Origin: Macrostomum hystrix
Lineage: Eukaryota; Animalia; Platyhelminthes
Direction: 5' to 3'
DNA length: 64,000 nt
Assembly (NCBI GenBank): GCA_950097015.1
Contig: CATNEN010000001.1
Location: 12,338,001 to 12,402,000 of the forward strand
The first letter of the stretch is position 1. Every line of letters starts with the position of its first letter. Below the pieces are notes generated by a model, which searched no databases, had not been told where the DNA came from, and saw only the letters and a program-made list of their open reading frames with translations. This document shows, in pieces, positions 23,248 through 35,776 of the stretch. Both the position numbers and the translations under genes were made by a program.

Positions 23248-24210
23248 CTAGTGCATTAGGCTTAGGCTGCATTGAGACATTTCTTCTCTTGAAACAATCG
23301 ACTGATTCCGATTCACTGTAATGATAGGAAGCTCAGCTTCTGCTTGCAGTTCTTTCTTCTGGTCATTGTCTTCATTGGACTTTTCCCGCGGTCGTCTAGA
23401 CAAGCTGTCTCCATTTCCATGCTTTGCTCCACTTGTGTGCTCAATGTCATATTGGAATTCGCTCAACCTCCCTATCTATCTTCCTAAGATTCGCTGAGCC
23501 TCAGTCTGTCGGAGCAACCATAAGATTGCCTTATGATCCGTACGGGCTAGGAATCGCTTTCCTATCAGGTAGAATCTGAAATGCTTCATTCCGTCTACCA
23601 ATGCAAGTAGTTCCTCCCTTGTAATTGGATATCTCTTTTCGGAATCCTTCATTGCCCTGCTGTAATAGGCTATGGGCCTTTCGTCTCCATCAGATTGAAT
23701 CTGACCTAGGCAAGCTCTGATTCTTCCATCGCTAGCGTCCGTGTCCAATACCATTCTTACATTTTCTTCATCCGTGAACTCAGGGTATGCTTGCACCTCA
23801 GTAGATATCATTTTTCTCTTGAGTAGCTCAAAAGCTTCATCGTGCACTTAAATCCATTTTTCTTAAAAATTCTGGACTCCTTTCTTAGTTAGCTGGAACA
23901 GTTGTGCTGCCTCAGCATAGTTCTTGACAAACCTGCAGTAATAGTTGCATATGCCGAGGAAGCTTCTTAGTTCCTTGGCATCCTGTGGTGTTGGCCAAGT
24001 TTGAATTGCCTCTATTTTGGCAGGATCTGTACTTATTCCTTCTCTTCCTACAACATGACCTAGATATTTCAACTCCTTTTGGAACAGATTACATTTCTTA
24101 GGTCTCAGCTTCAGTCCGGCAGTTGCTAATCTCTGAAATACTTCTCGTAAGTGACTCATGTGATCTTCAAATTCCTATGAGTATGTAACAATATCATCGA
24201 TGTAAGACAG
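23248..24210 (-). pseudogene. Degenerate Gypsy pol fragment (RT end plus RNase H), related to the intact element
   Basis: YIDD, GLKLRPKKC, YLGHVV, LDTDASDG, TDHKAILWL with stops and frameshifts. Confidence 0.9.
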
Positions 24211-24737
24211 CGTACTTACGTACTTAATGGCCTCATGGCTGCTGACAGTGGTTCTCTGTCGCAGAGCACGTCTGCTGACATTTCAATACGAGCAGATATT
24301 TCCTTTATCTCGGCGACAGCAGGCGGCGCAGGCGCTGTCAGTGGTAGCAGAGTGAACGGGTGAAAGTAAGAAATTCTCTGACTGCAGAGGTCTCACGAGT
24401 CTCCTTATCTGCTCAACCACTCCGTCGATGTCGCTTCTTAGCTGTAAAAGTTTGTCTCGAACCCTCGCCTTCGTGTTGTCAGTCGCCGCCGATTCCACCC
24501 TAAGTGACAATGACGTACTGAATCTTAACAGATCTGGTATTACAATCTTGTATCTTATAAGACTTAAGCAAGTTTATATTTGAGGGATCTTGGCAGATCT
24601 GACCAGATTTAATAAGATTTTAGACAGCTAGATCTTATCGCAGTTTAATGCAAGTACTTTAAGCTCTGCTTTTTTATGTCAATGCAAATCCCAGTTCACA
24701 AAAAGTATTCAGGTAAAAAAAGTACAATTTAATAGTG

Positions 24738-25030
24738 AAATATAGTGAACCTGCAAAAAGCGTGCCAAGACAATCAAATTAGCACTAAAATCCCAATCCC
24801 AAAACTCAAGACCCCAAACCTAGGGTGCTCATCCTCCGAAAAAAATTATATTCTCATTAAAAATGATCCCAATCGTCTCTCCAGGTTCTTATTACAAAAG
24901 TCATGAGCCTAATTACAAGAGTAAATACCGATGCAAACAAGAATGCAGCGAGTACATGAGAAAATATTGGCCTGGCGTTGATATCAACGTCCCTAATATT
25001 GATCTATCAGTTAAGAGTCACTGGTTTCAA
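24738..25030 (+). repeat. Left inverted repeat (partner 41422-41713) containing small ORF MIPIVSPGSYY...
   Basis: Reverse complement of 41422-41713 with scattered mismatches; ORFs 24863-25066 (+) and 41337-41588 (-) are homologous. Confidence 0.9.
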
Positions 25031-25183
25031 TGGATTATCAAAACATCGACTTCATCCGCTTCTTGACCGTCTCCAGCACCAGCAGGCTGGCAAGCTTCAG
25101 CATCTGCAGCAAAAGTTTAGTGGTAGTATTCACATTAGAGTGCTATAGTTTTATAAAAGAGAGAGGCAGAGGGGAGAGCGCAG

Positions 25184-25545
25184 CACACATATTGGGTGGG
25201 CCAATAATACACACGGTTTTTCCTTCAATTCACACATATTGGGGGGACCAATAATACACACGGTTTTTCCTTCACTTCACACATATTGGGTGGGCCAATA
25301 ATACACACGGTTTTTCCTTCACTTCACACATATTGGGTGGGCCAATAATACACACGGTTTTTCCTTCAATTCACACATATTGGGTGGGCCAATAGTACAC
25401 ACGGTTTTTCCTTCACTTCACACATATTGGGTGGGCCAATAATACACACGGTTTTTCCTTCAATTCACACATATTGGGGGGACCAATAATACACACATAT
25501 TGGGTGGGCCAATAATACACACGGTTTTTCCTTCACTTCACACAT
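25184..25545. repeat. 47-bp tandem array (~7.5 units) with TATTGG-N5-CCAATA palindrome
   Basis: Unit CACACATATTGGGTGGGCCAATAATACACACGGTTTTTCCTTCA(A/C)TT. Confidence 0.93.
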
Positions 25546-26268
25546 TTTAATTTTTCTAGTAGACTCACAGTCGAGAAGGCCCTGAACTTCAGCCGCTGAT
25601 GGAGGTCTTGTTGGGGGAGTCGGATCTTGCCAATCTTCTGCATCCGTTTGCCACCACCTTTCGCTCCGAATTGTCCTAGAGTTTTCATGCAGGAATGTAG
25701 CCGAAACAGAGCAAAAGCGGAGCCGCGGAAGCTCGGTCACCAAAGTATAGATGTTATGGCGGGATTGCACGTGGTAGTAACTCACGCTGAACAGTTCTGC
25801 CAGGCTTGTTAAAGTATGCTGATGCCTTGTAATAAATTGGTCATACAATTTTCCAAGAAAAAATGCTGCCACCCAAGTTCATCGGTTGTAAATTTGGTCC
25901 TGCTTAACCAGGTTTTCATGCAGTTCCAGCACTCCAGTGTTGTCAGGATCTCGGCGTGTGATGTCGTTGCAGATGGCTTCTAACTCCCCCTCACTAATGA
26001 CCTCTGCCTGAGCCGCATGCTCGTGCTCATATTGAAGCGAACTTCGAAGTTTACTGAATACATCCGTGGCTCTCTCCTTTATCTTCCGTGTTTTCATTTC
26101 TTCACTGGTTCGCAGATGCCTCTCTTCATCCTCAGATAATCTATCCCAAAGTTTTTGAACCATGTCGTTAACGTCATCCTTATGCTCCTCAACAATAAAT
26201 TGGTTGATTGAATCGACAAAACCTGTCAGATCTTGCATGGTGATTCTGGCTGTAGTTGCATGAAACAT
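25546..26268 (-). pseudogene. Polinton accessory gene, helical with possible HTH (LTSLAELFSVSYYHV), one in-frame TGA
   Basis: ORFs 25879-26268 and 25465-25872 are in the same frame, separated by TGA at 25879-25881. Confidence 0.55.
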
Positions 26269-26532
26269 TTTGTCTACAATTTATATGAAGTGTTAAAAAA
26301 GCAACTGAAAGTTACAGAAAATGGTTTAAAGTAAGTCAGGATTTACTTACGAAGATCGAAGAACGAAGATACGATGCAAAATCGAGTGTCCACTAAAAAC
26401 AAATTTCTCCTATCTCTTTCCTTCAGCAGTCTGCCTATTTCTTTATTTTGAGCGTGCAATACAACCCCCCTACTGATCTCTCTTCTCCCAACTTTACCTT
26501 ACCCAAAGTGAGCAGAGTTTTTTTTGCTTGAA

Positions 26533-26975
26533 TCATTTTGCTCTCTCAACCCCCAGCTCTTTCAGCAGTCTTCCTAATTCTTTACTTGGCGCATGCAATA
26601 CAAAGCCCACCCCGCCAATCCCCAATCCCAACTTTGTCTTACCAAAAATAACAGCTTTAACTAGCTTCCGAGCGATCGATTCCCTCCACCCGCTTGAAGC
26701 CCCCATATTGTCTAGCATTCTGAGCATTTCTTTGTCCCAGCGAGTCTTCTCCTCTGGAAAATCCCTAACTTAATATCATGCCACATACAGACAGAGTCTA
26801 GCTCGTTCACAGGCTCATGCCCAGAATTTGGATTATTGTTTTTATCTAGCTGTATTTCAAGCGGATTCAAAGGCCCGCAATATTTGTAGCCGGGAATTGT
26901 CCAGCCTTTGTTTGGATGAGGAAGCTTTTCTACCAGTCCATGTGAATCTAGTTTACCACCAGAGCGTTGCATCAT
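26533..26975 (-). pseudogene. PLA2X (parvovirus-like phospholipase A2 domain), frameshifted
   Basis: IPGYKYCGPLNPL Ca-loop and PVNELDSVCMWHD catalytic HD; frameshift near 26770. Confidence 0.85.
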
Positions 26976-27002
26976 TTTTATAAAAAAATTAAATAAAAAA
27001 TA

Positions 27003-27991
27003 ATGGCAGATCAGAAACTTCAAAAGCTCTACTACAGCGACAAAGGATTCTTTGTAGGAAAAAATGCAGTCACCAAACTCGCAGAACTAAGTAATGAATC
27101 AAAACAAACAGTTGAAAGATGGCTCTCTAAGCAAGCAGTTTACCAAGTCTATTTCCCACCTGTTAAATTTACAAGACCTCACTTTAACATCTATAAACCT
27201 AATGAAGCGCACCAAGCAGATCTTCTGTTTCTCCCCAATGACTCAGGGTACAAGTCTGCGCTCACAGTTATGACATTGCCTCCAGATATAAGGAAGCGAG
27301 ACCGCTTAAGACTAAGAAGTCAGAAGCAGTTGCAGCTGCTCTTCAAGACATTTACAAAAACTCACCGCTCACATACCCCCAAACCTTTATGACTGATCCT
27401 GGCAAAGAATTCATGGGTGCAGTCAAATCCCTTATGGAAAAGAACAATACGAAAATGCGCTACGGAAGAACTGAGCTCCATAGAGACCAGGCTTTTGTTG
27501 AAAGATTCAATCTAACTCTAGCAAAGAGACTTTTCACAAAGCAGACAGCTGAAGAGCTGAAACTAAAAAGTGGCCAATACTATACCAAGTGGACAGAAAG
27601 ACTCCCCGCAGTAATAAGTCAACTGAACAATGAAGTATCTCGAATGACAAACCTGAAACCAAATACTGCCATCAAACAAGACACAGTTAAATCAAAACAT
27701 CCAATCTCCCAATTCCCAATTCCAAAGCTCCCTCGCGTTTATTCTCCGGAAGTTCTTACTAACTCTGAATTCGTTCGCTTCCTTTACTTACCAGGAGAGC
27801 TGGAGAAGGACACAAAGAGAAGAGCAACAGACCCATACTTTAGTCTTGATGTACATAAGATAAACAGGAATTTCACATCAGCATCCGGCGATTACTATTT
27901 TCTATCCCAAGACTTTAATTCAAAAGCCCCCACACGATCATTCACAAGGGCTGAGCTTCTAGTGATTCCACATGACACAGAAATAAATTAA
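27003..27991 (+). pseudogene. Polinton retroviral-like (rve) integrase, frameshifted
   Basis: LYY start, HQADLL, TDPGKEF, VERFNLTL (D,D,E). Confidence 0.9.
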
Positions 27992-28006
27992 ATTTTTTTT
28001 AATAAA

Positions 28007-28426
28007 ATGATTGAAACCAGAACCGTGAATAAAATCAGCAGAATTATCGACTCTAAGAAGCCAGGAGTTGTATCAATTAAAGGTGTCAAAGTCAAAGTAG
28101 ATCCAATCCAGCATCTGATCCATTGTAACAATCAAACGCACAATATCACTGATGAGAAGACAGGCGGGATTCTTCCTTTGCTAACTCTTATCCCCATCAT
28201 CGCAGGTGCTCTTGATGCTGCAGGAGGTGTAGCCGGCGGAGTTGCATCAGCTGTGAAGGCTGGCAATGACAGAGCACATCAACAAGAGATGGAGAAAATC
28301 GCTAGAGAAAAAGGAGTCAGAATCGGAATGGGTAGTTGTGAATCTGATGATGAACTCAGCAAATCAGAAATCGTTAAAGCCATCATGACACTGCATAAAG
28401 CAGGATTTACAATACTCCGGATGTGA
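28007..28426 (+). CDS. Adenovirus pX-like virion core/membrane-active protein
   Basis: TGGILPLLTLIPIIAGAL...GGVA, adenain-site-like xGG motif followed by a hydrophobic helix. Confidence 0.65.
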   Translation: MIETRTVNKISRIIDSKKPGVVSIKGVKVKVDPIQHLIHCNNQTHNITDEKTGGILPLLTLIPIIAGALDAAGGVAGGVASAVKAGNDRAHQQEMEKIAREKGVRIGMGSCESDDELSKSEIVKAIMTLHKAGFTILRM

Positions 28427-28551
28427 AAACAGAACAGAACAGAATCTGCTCTCATAACTATATTTAGCACTGTTGGTAGTAGTTTGCAATACTTTACACT
28501 TAACTTGAGGGTGACCACCCTAAATTTTTTTTTATAAAATTTTCATGAAAA

Positions 28552-31500
28552 ATGCCTAAAGCAATTCCAGAAAAAAAATTGTCGAACCTTTCTTTCAAAA
28601 TAATTGTCCTCAAGCTCAATCGTTTCAACAAAAAAGTCAAGTCCTGCAAGAGCTTTGCAGGCAGAAATTCAATCAAGATCCAGGCTACCTCGGGAGCTAT
28701 GCAATACAGCAAGAAATTATCAATCAGCTTCTGCATTCAGAGCATTACACACCAGTGAAGAAGCCGGCGACTGAGCATCAACAAAAGAGCCGCAGCTTAG
28801 TCAATAAGTATGAGACACTCACAGGTCAAAATGTGTCGAAATACCCACAGAATAAGCAAGAGCAAGAAAATCTAGAACGTACAATCCACCAGGTTGAAGC
28901 AGAGCTACAAGCAGAGCTACAAACTGAAGACCTTAAATTTGCACAGAGAAAATTCACAGAGTATTATATTGAGTACACAATCCAGGAAGACACCACAAAT
29001 TCCCAATCCGACATTTACGACTTCAAAGACAGAATTCAATCAGTAATTGATCACACACTGAAGTCACGTAAGACCTTCAAGCTTCAGTTATCATTCAAGA
29101 TTGAATTTTACATGCCTGCAAAACCCACTGAGCGTCTTGAATACTACATGACTACTAAAGCTCTACCCTTTACTCCCACTGACACACAGGATCCCTTTCT
29201 TCAAGAGATCAGTAAAAAGATTGACGCCTTTACTTCCAGAGGATCAGGTTGGGTTGTCAATGGCATTCAAAAAGCTACAGTAATGATCATGAAATATGAC
29301 CCTCTCAAAGCTTCATCATATATTGAGCTCCCGAAAAAGCTAGCGAGTAAAAAAGCTTGCATTAATGTGCAAAATTATGACCAATGCTGTGCACTATGGG
29401 CAGTTTGGTCTGCAATATTGTATGAGAAAGATCGAGCCCACCCAGAGAGAACTTCTCATAATAAAATGTATTTTGACGCAAAACTTTTAGAATGCCATGC
29501 TAAAGGAATTTCCTTCAATAGAGGCGGCTTGGCAATCGATCAAATCCCAAAGCTAGAGGAAGTATTTAACAATAAAATCAGAATCACAGTCTTTGAATGG
29601 AATGAGAAGAGCGAAAAAGTACAATTAGTCAGAGCCAGTAAAAACACGCTAGATCCTGAAGGTAGGCGTCGCATAGATGTCGATCTTCTAATCATAGGTG
29701 ATTTGCGAGAAAATGCCCACTACGTTTGGATTAAAGATCTTTCCAGGCTCCTCCACAAGCAAATGAACAATCATCATGAATCGGTAGCAATCTGCCGTCT
29801 TTGTCTGAAGCATTATAGTGGACCCGATCGTGATGAAAAACTTAAAGAGCATGAACTGACCTGTGAAGATCATCCAACCAACTGCACACTTCCAACGGAT
29901 AAGCATCTCAGAGTTAAGAGTTATCACAAGATGGAGAAGCTCCCTTTTATAGTATACGCTGACTTCGAATGCACTATAAACCCTGAAACCAATAAGCATG
30001 TCCCAAATTCTGTTGCATATCTCTTTATTGGAAGAGACTCTTTTATTTGCTCAAACTATTTCTTAGGTGACCAGTGTGTTGAACAATTCATTTACTCGAT
30101 GATGGAAATACAGAAAAATGTTGCTGCCATTCAGCCTGTTCCAATAATTATGTCCGATCAAGATGAAATCGACTTCGGATCTGCAACTCATTGTCACATT
30201 TGCCGAAAGCTATTAACACCCTGCGACGTCAAAAACCACACAGTCAGAGATCACGATCACTTCACAGGAAAATTTAGAGGGGCAGCTCATAACACCTGTA
30301 ATCTGAAACTTCAGAAAAACATACGCGACCTTACCATTTTCTTCCATAACGGAAGGGGATATGATTATCACTTATTGGTTGAGAAGCTGGGTATGATACC
30401 AGGCATTAAACTAGATTGCATCACAGAGAACAAAGAAAAGTTTAAGTGCATTGATATTAAGCGAGATTCAGGCAAGATTAAGATCAAAGATTCATTCCAG
30501 TTTCTGGCCGCAAGTCTCGATGCTTTGAGTAAAAATCTCACCGATGACCAATGTACTTATACCAAGATGCTGGCAGATTCCCTCAATCCTAGAACCCCAG
30601 ATTCATTTAAGCTTCTTAGAAAGAAAGGTGTCTACCCTTATGAATGTAATCATGTCTTTGCCGAACAATTACCACCCAAGGACAAGTTCTTTTCAAAGCT
30701 AACAAACTCTGGGATTTCTGATGAAGATTATGAGCATGCTCAGACTGTTTACAAACATTTTCTGTCGAAACTTTCTTGATTATCACATGCTTTACCCTTG
30801 GACTGATGTCTTTCTTCTAGCTGATGTATTTGAAACCTTTAGAAAGACCTGGTACTCTGCTTATGGTCTTGACCCCGCTCATTATGTGTCTTTGCCTGCT
30901 ACCAGTTAGGAATCATTGCTTAAAATGAAATGGGATCAAAATCCCAACTGGTACATCGAGCTGCTTACAGACATAGACATGTACAACTTTATAGATTCAT
31001 CTAAGAGAGGTGGCATCTCTATTTGTGTCCATAGGTATGCAAAGGCAAACAATCCGTATCTAGAAGACTATGATAAAGAAAAGCCTTCAAACTACATCCT
31101 TTACCTGGATGCCAACAACCTCTATGGTTGGGCTATGAGCCAAGATTTACCTGTTAGAGATTTTAGGTGGCTAACAGAATGCAACACAGACTTTTCAATA
31201 CCTGCGATCTATGAAGTTGATGTTGAAATCCCATGGAAACTTCACGATGATTTCTCTGACTTTGCCCCCTTCCCTGAGAACATTAACTGTCCAAAGATAA
31301 TCCAGTACAATGGTGGAAGCTGGCAGCTATCTGAAAAAGAAAAAGAGCATGTGAAGAAATTGACACAAAATCTCATGAACAAGACACACTATAAAATCCA
31401 CTACAAACTGTTGCGGTATTTTATCTCCCTAGGCTGTAGGGTCACGAAAGTTCACAGAGCTCTCGCATTCACAGAAGCGTGGATGAAGCCATACATAGAA

Positions 31501-32325
31501 AAAAACACCCAGTTTAGAACTAAAGCAACAAACAGCTTTGACAAGGACCTGTTCAAGCTTGCAAACAACTCTGTCCATGGCAAGACCATAGAAAACGAAC
31601 GCAACCACACGAACCTGAAACTCGTTACCTGTTATGAGCATGGTGTCATTCAGACAAGTTTATCAAAGCCCACTTTCAAAGAGCTTCATATCTTTAATGA
31701 TTACTTGGGTGCCATACTGTTCTATAAGACTAAAGTTACCCTATGCAAGCCGATATTCACAGGTGTGACTGTACTCGATGAGTCGAAGCGTCTGATGTAT
31801 AAATTCTTCTATGACATGAAGCGACAATATGGTGAACAACTGAAACTTCTATATACTGACACAGACTCCCTAATTCTAAACATACAGACTGAGGATGTCT
31901 ATCAGGACATGTTGAATCAAAAACATCTGTATGACCTATCCGAATATCCAGAGTCCTTCAAGACTTTGAAAGGCGATCAAGTACGTGATACAACAAATCA
32001 AAAAGTTGTAGGAAAAATGAAGGATGAAACGGCTGGCACCCTCATTACAGAGTTTATCGGTTTGAGGGCAAAGTCCTATTTTGTTGAAAGTTGTAAGTCT
32101 ACCATTAAAAAATCAAAAGGAATCCCAAAACATGTTGTTAAAAACGATCTCCATGAAGCTTCATACAAGGACGCATTGATCAATAATAAAAACACCACCC
32201 ATGAATTTATGAAACTGCAGTCTAAGAAGCACAACATTCACACAATTCAACAGAAGAAGATAGGCCTCTCAGGTGCTGATAACAAACGACATATCTTTGC
32301 TGACATTTGTAACAAAAATTTGTAA
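28552..32325 (+). pseudogene. polB: Protein-primed family B DNA polymerase with EndoVII-like insert
   Basis: GSGW, YADFEC (exo I), CHIC...VRDHDHFTGKFRGAAHNTCN, HNGRGYD, RKKGVYPY, YLDANNLYGWAM, KLANNSVHGK, YTDTDS; frameshifts and a TAG at 30907. Confidence 0.95.
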
Positions 32326-32329
32326 AAAA

Positions 32330-32740
32330 ATTACAACCAATATTTATTTAGAAGAGCTAGCTCAGCAATTAAAAATCCCAAACTTCCGAGGAGTCTTTAT
32401 AAAGGATACACTGCCAGAATCCCCACTAGAAAAAGAATGTGGAATCATGAACTTTGACCCTGCAGAAAAGCCAGGTTCTCATTGGGTTTGTTGGGTAATT
32501 GATCCGAACCGTAAACACAAGTACTATTACTTTGATAGCTATGGAACTGCTGTACCTGAACAACTGAGAAATTATATGACTCATATGAGACATAAAATGA
32601 GACATAAAATATACCGCTCAGATTTTATACTCCAAGGGCTTAACAGTGATGTTTGTGGCGAGCTGTGTATGACCGTTTTGTATGCAATGACCCACACCCG
32701 AAAAAGTTACAAAGAAATCATTTTAGGGCTGAAAAAATAA
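32330..32740 (+). CDS. Adenain-like maturation cysteine protease
   Basis: FRGVF, GSHWV, YFDSYG, Q...VCGELC (H/D/C triad); exact start uncertain. Confidence 0.9.
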   Translation: MTTNIYLEELAQQLKIPNFRGVFIKDTLPESPLEKECGIMNFDPAEKPGSHWVCWVIDPNRKHKYYYFDSYGTAVPEQLRNYMTHMRHKMRHKIYRSDFILQGLNSDVCGELCMTVLYAMTHTRKSYKEIILGLKK

Positions 32741-32743
32741 GTT

Positions 32744-33372
32744 TTAGGTCCTGTTCATTTTCGCCACATGCTGTTTGAACACATTCTCCAGATCATTTTT
32801 TAGCTGGCTCATTTCATCAATGGCATTTAGATTAAGCCTTACTCGCTGTTCATAGAGGGCTTGAATGTTTTTAAACTCATCCTCTGAAATGCACTTGTCT
32901 TCAATCGCCTTTGAGATGTACCCGATGATAGAGCTTTGTACTGATTTCTAATTTGTTTGCTTCGCATGTAGATGCTTTAGCTTTTGTCGTCTGTTCCGTG
33001 ATAGTGCCCCTGTAACTGCTGAAATCAGACCACATGTGGCACCAACAGTTCCGAGTGGAATGGCGATTGGCGCAGTGATTACTGGAATTGTTGAAACAGC
33101 AACTGCTGATCCCGATAGAACAGATACAGATCCAAGAAGCATATTAAGGTAATCGAAGACCTTGCACTGGCTATTATAGCGCTTCAGTTTCTTAGTATTA
33201 TGATCAATTTGCGTTCAATATCATCTCGCATCTTTTGAATCTCCACCAATCTGAATTGCTGCGAGTTGCAAGTGAATATTGGGTAAATGGGTTGGTAGTT
33301 TGAAGGAGCGCTAGGTTGGTAAGGAGCACTAGGTTGCTCTTGATCATATAGCGAGTTTATTTTTTCAGACAT
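32744..33372 (-). pseudogene. GasderminX-like adintovirus protein, disrupted
   Basis: PSAP motifs, FRLVEIQK, two hydrophobic helices, ISKAIEDKCISEDEF; frameshift and stop. Confidence 0.7.
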
Positions 33373-33566
33373 TTATTGAACGAAAAAAAAATATAATTTT
33401 TTATGACCTTTCTCGCAAATCTGTTGCACGCCTTGCCGCCTCCCTTGATGTCTCTTCTGATGGTCCATCAGATACTCTTGCTTCTTCAATGTCAATGTCT
33501 GGCAGATTGTGCAGTCTCTCTAGTCGGCCGAGTCTTCTTTTCGTTTTCCCCCAGTCGTTGTATATC

Positions 33567-34136
33567 CTATTCAAATATGTGTGTCTCAGTGTGTCTTGTT
33601 ACGTTTAGCCCCATGGGTCTTAGTGTTTCCTTTGTTTCATTTGCTAGTCTCTGAAGAGTTGTTATATCTGACTCTGCTGCTGTGAGTCGCGAACTCAATC
33701 TATCATGCACAGTGCTTGATCTTAGCATAAAGGCTTCTAAATTTCGAACTTTATTTGAATTTTCTGTTACTCTTTCTTCCACCAAGTTTGCTCGATTATT
33801 AACGGCAGTTCTCAGAGTGGCGATGTCTGATCTCAGAGTGGCGATGTCTGATCTTAGAGTGGGTATCGCTGCAACAAGAGTATCCCGATCATGAACAAAC
33901 TGTACATATAGTATGTCAATCTCTTCCTTCCGTTTTGCTACGCTCAACCGCAGGTCTTCCATGTTTATTTGTCGTTGGTGTGTTGCCCGCTCTAGGGCTT
34001 TCAAGCGATCTTTAATGAGTTTGATTTCTGTAATTTTTTCGTCAACATTTATATAACGCCTGTCAAGGTAAGAAACTTGAGCACTAGTGAGTGTGCTTCC
34101 GCGATCCAACGATTCACCTGCAAAATTAATAGACAT
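33567..34136 (-). CDS. Coiled-coil Polinton protein (fibre/core-like, unknown)
   Basis: Heptad repeats LRSDIAT; AAAAATG start context like neighbouring genes. Confidence 0.6.
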   Translation of the reverse strand: MSINFAGESLDRGSTLTSAQVSYLDRRYINVDEKITEIKLIKDRLKALERATHQRQINMEDLRLSVAKRKEEIDILYVQFVHDRDTLVAAIPTLRSDIATLRSDIATLRTAVNNRANLVEERVTENSNKVRNLEAFMLRSSTVHDRLSSRLTAAESDITTLQRLANETKETLRPMGLNVTRHTETHIFE

Positions 34137-34161
34137 TTTTTAATAGAAATTTTAAATTAAT

Positions 34162-35627
34162 TTAAATTACAGTTCTTTTTTCTTTGTTGATCATCACAAA
34201 CTGGTAAGGTTGATTCCACTTGTCATAGCAAAGATTAACGAATTCCTCCTGTGAAGGAAGGATTTCTGTTGGAGTTTTTTGTTGGATTTATAAAATAGGC
34301 AGGCGCAATGACCTCATTGTAAAATCTTTTTAGCCTGTCCTGTGGAATTGTTGGAAACAGGAGGATCAGATTGCAGTTCCCACGAATTGTTTTGTTCGGG
34401 AGCTCGAACCAATTCTGGGAAATGTAAATTACGTTACAATTGTTATGCCGTCCTCTTGTAAAATAGTTTTCTATCTGCTTCTGTTGGCCTGTCATGCAAT
34501 CATCAAAGACAATCAAATGTTTTCTCCCCTTTTCTAGCTTATCTGGTTGGGGTAGAAGTTTGGTCTTAGGATCAACCTGCGGATCTCCGTATGTGAACAC
34601 TTTAATGTTCTGCCATTTTTCATTGTCATTGAGGTACTTTGCATATTCGGCAGCTACAATTTCTGGGTTACTGGGAAGGCTCTTTTGGTTATTAAAACAT
34701 TGAATAATGTCCTCTTTGGTCAGTTTGTTTTGCAGTCCAGAGATCAACATTTTATACTCATCTTGTTGTACCTGTGGTAGCGTGGCACACACAATTGGCA
34801 AATAACCAAGACAGGAACTAGATTCCGAGAGAGAGAATTTATACCGGCCTCAACACTGAATGCTTCGTAGCAGTGGAGCAACCCGGTAGTCAGGCTAGAT
34901 TACCTAGCTTCCTCGGGAATCTTACTGTGTCAAACTATGATTCTCAAGTCTGATATTTCTGCCCTGCAATTGACGGCACACTATGCTTCTAAATGCAGTA
35001 TGCGGTCACAATTGCCAATAAGTTTGCAGACTTACAGATGCTAAAACGGATGCAAGAGAACGCATACGTTGCAAAACGAATGAAGACTGGAGACAAGAAA
35101 GTGCCATATTCATACCGAAGTTGTGCTACCATGGCACTAACACGATCTCAAGGATTCGTCGGACTGTGCTCTACTTACAGTAGGAGCATTTGAGCGTTGT
35201 TCTGCCAGTCTTCTTCCGAACTTAAGCGATTGCACCATGGTGTGCAATGTGACTCAGTGCGCAGACAGAGCTGGAACAAGAGAACGAGAGAGGAGGGGGG
35301 TGGCGAGCGGAAGTGACAGTGCACGGGAAACACTAACTACCAACCCTAGCCCTCCCACAGACCTAGAACAGCCTGACTCACAGATTGCCTGGAGGCTGCT
35401 CAGCAGTCTACAGCACATCAATCTTGATACAGGGTGGGAGAGTAGATGTGCAGAGTGTCATAGTCGATAAAGCCAGGTCTAAGAAGCATGTTAAAGACTC
35501 TGAATGTTTTGCCTGAACCTGACGAACCAACAACAATGCATCTGAAGTGACCCGGGATTGACTCATGATGAGAAAACGTAATCTGATTACGTGTCCAGTG
35601 GGGATTGAAGTCGTTTGAAAAGTCCAT
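34162..35627 (-). pseudogene. A32/FtsK-like packaging ATPase split by a solo LTR
   Basis: Walker A GSSGSGKT (35421-35627); Walker B LIVFDD, RGRHNN, ISQ (34162-34763); frame is restored on removing LTR plus TSD. Confidence 0.93.
34764..35420 (-). mobile_element. Solo LTR (657 bp) of the 12980-22131 Gypsy family, variant subfamily
   Basis: Same termini; TSD ATCT (34760-34763, 35421-35424); centre ~34845-35085 diverged. Confidence 0.95.
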
Positions 35628-35776
35628 TTTTCTATGATGTAAAATAAATTTAAAAAAGTAAATCATTTATAAGATGTGTCTTTTTGGGACTTAGATGTGT
35701 CTATTTGGGACTTAGATGTGTCTTTCTGGGACTAGTCTTGTACCCTTACATGTCTTGTACCCTCGAAAAGCACCCT

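Noticed and set aside
25191-25205. Adenovirus-origin NFI site
   Set aside because: TTGG...GCCAA spacing is 2 bp shorter than TTGGC-N5-GCCAA.
25184-25545. CRISPR-like array (also 11479-12505 and 16975-17500)
   Set aside because: Units are contiguous without unique spacers, or are in-frame protein repeats; no cas genes; eukaryotic context.
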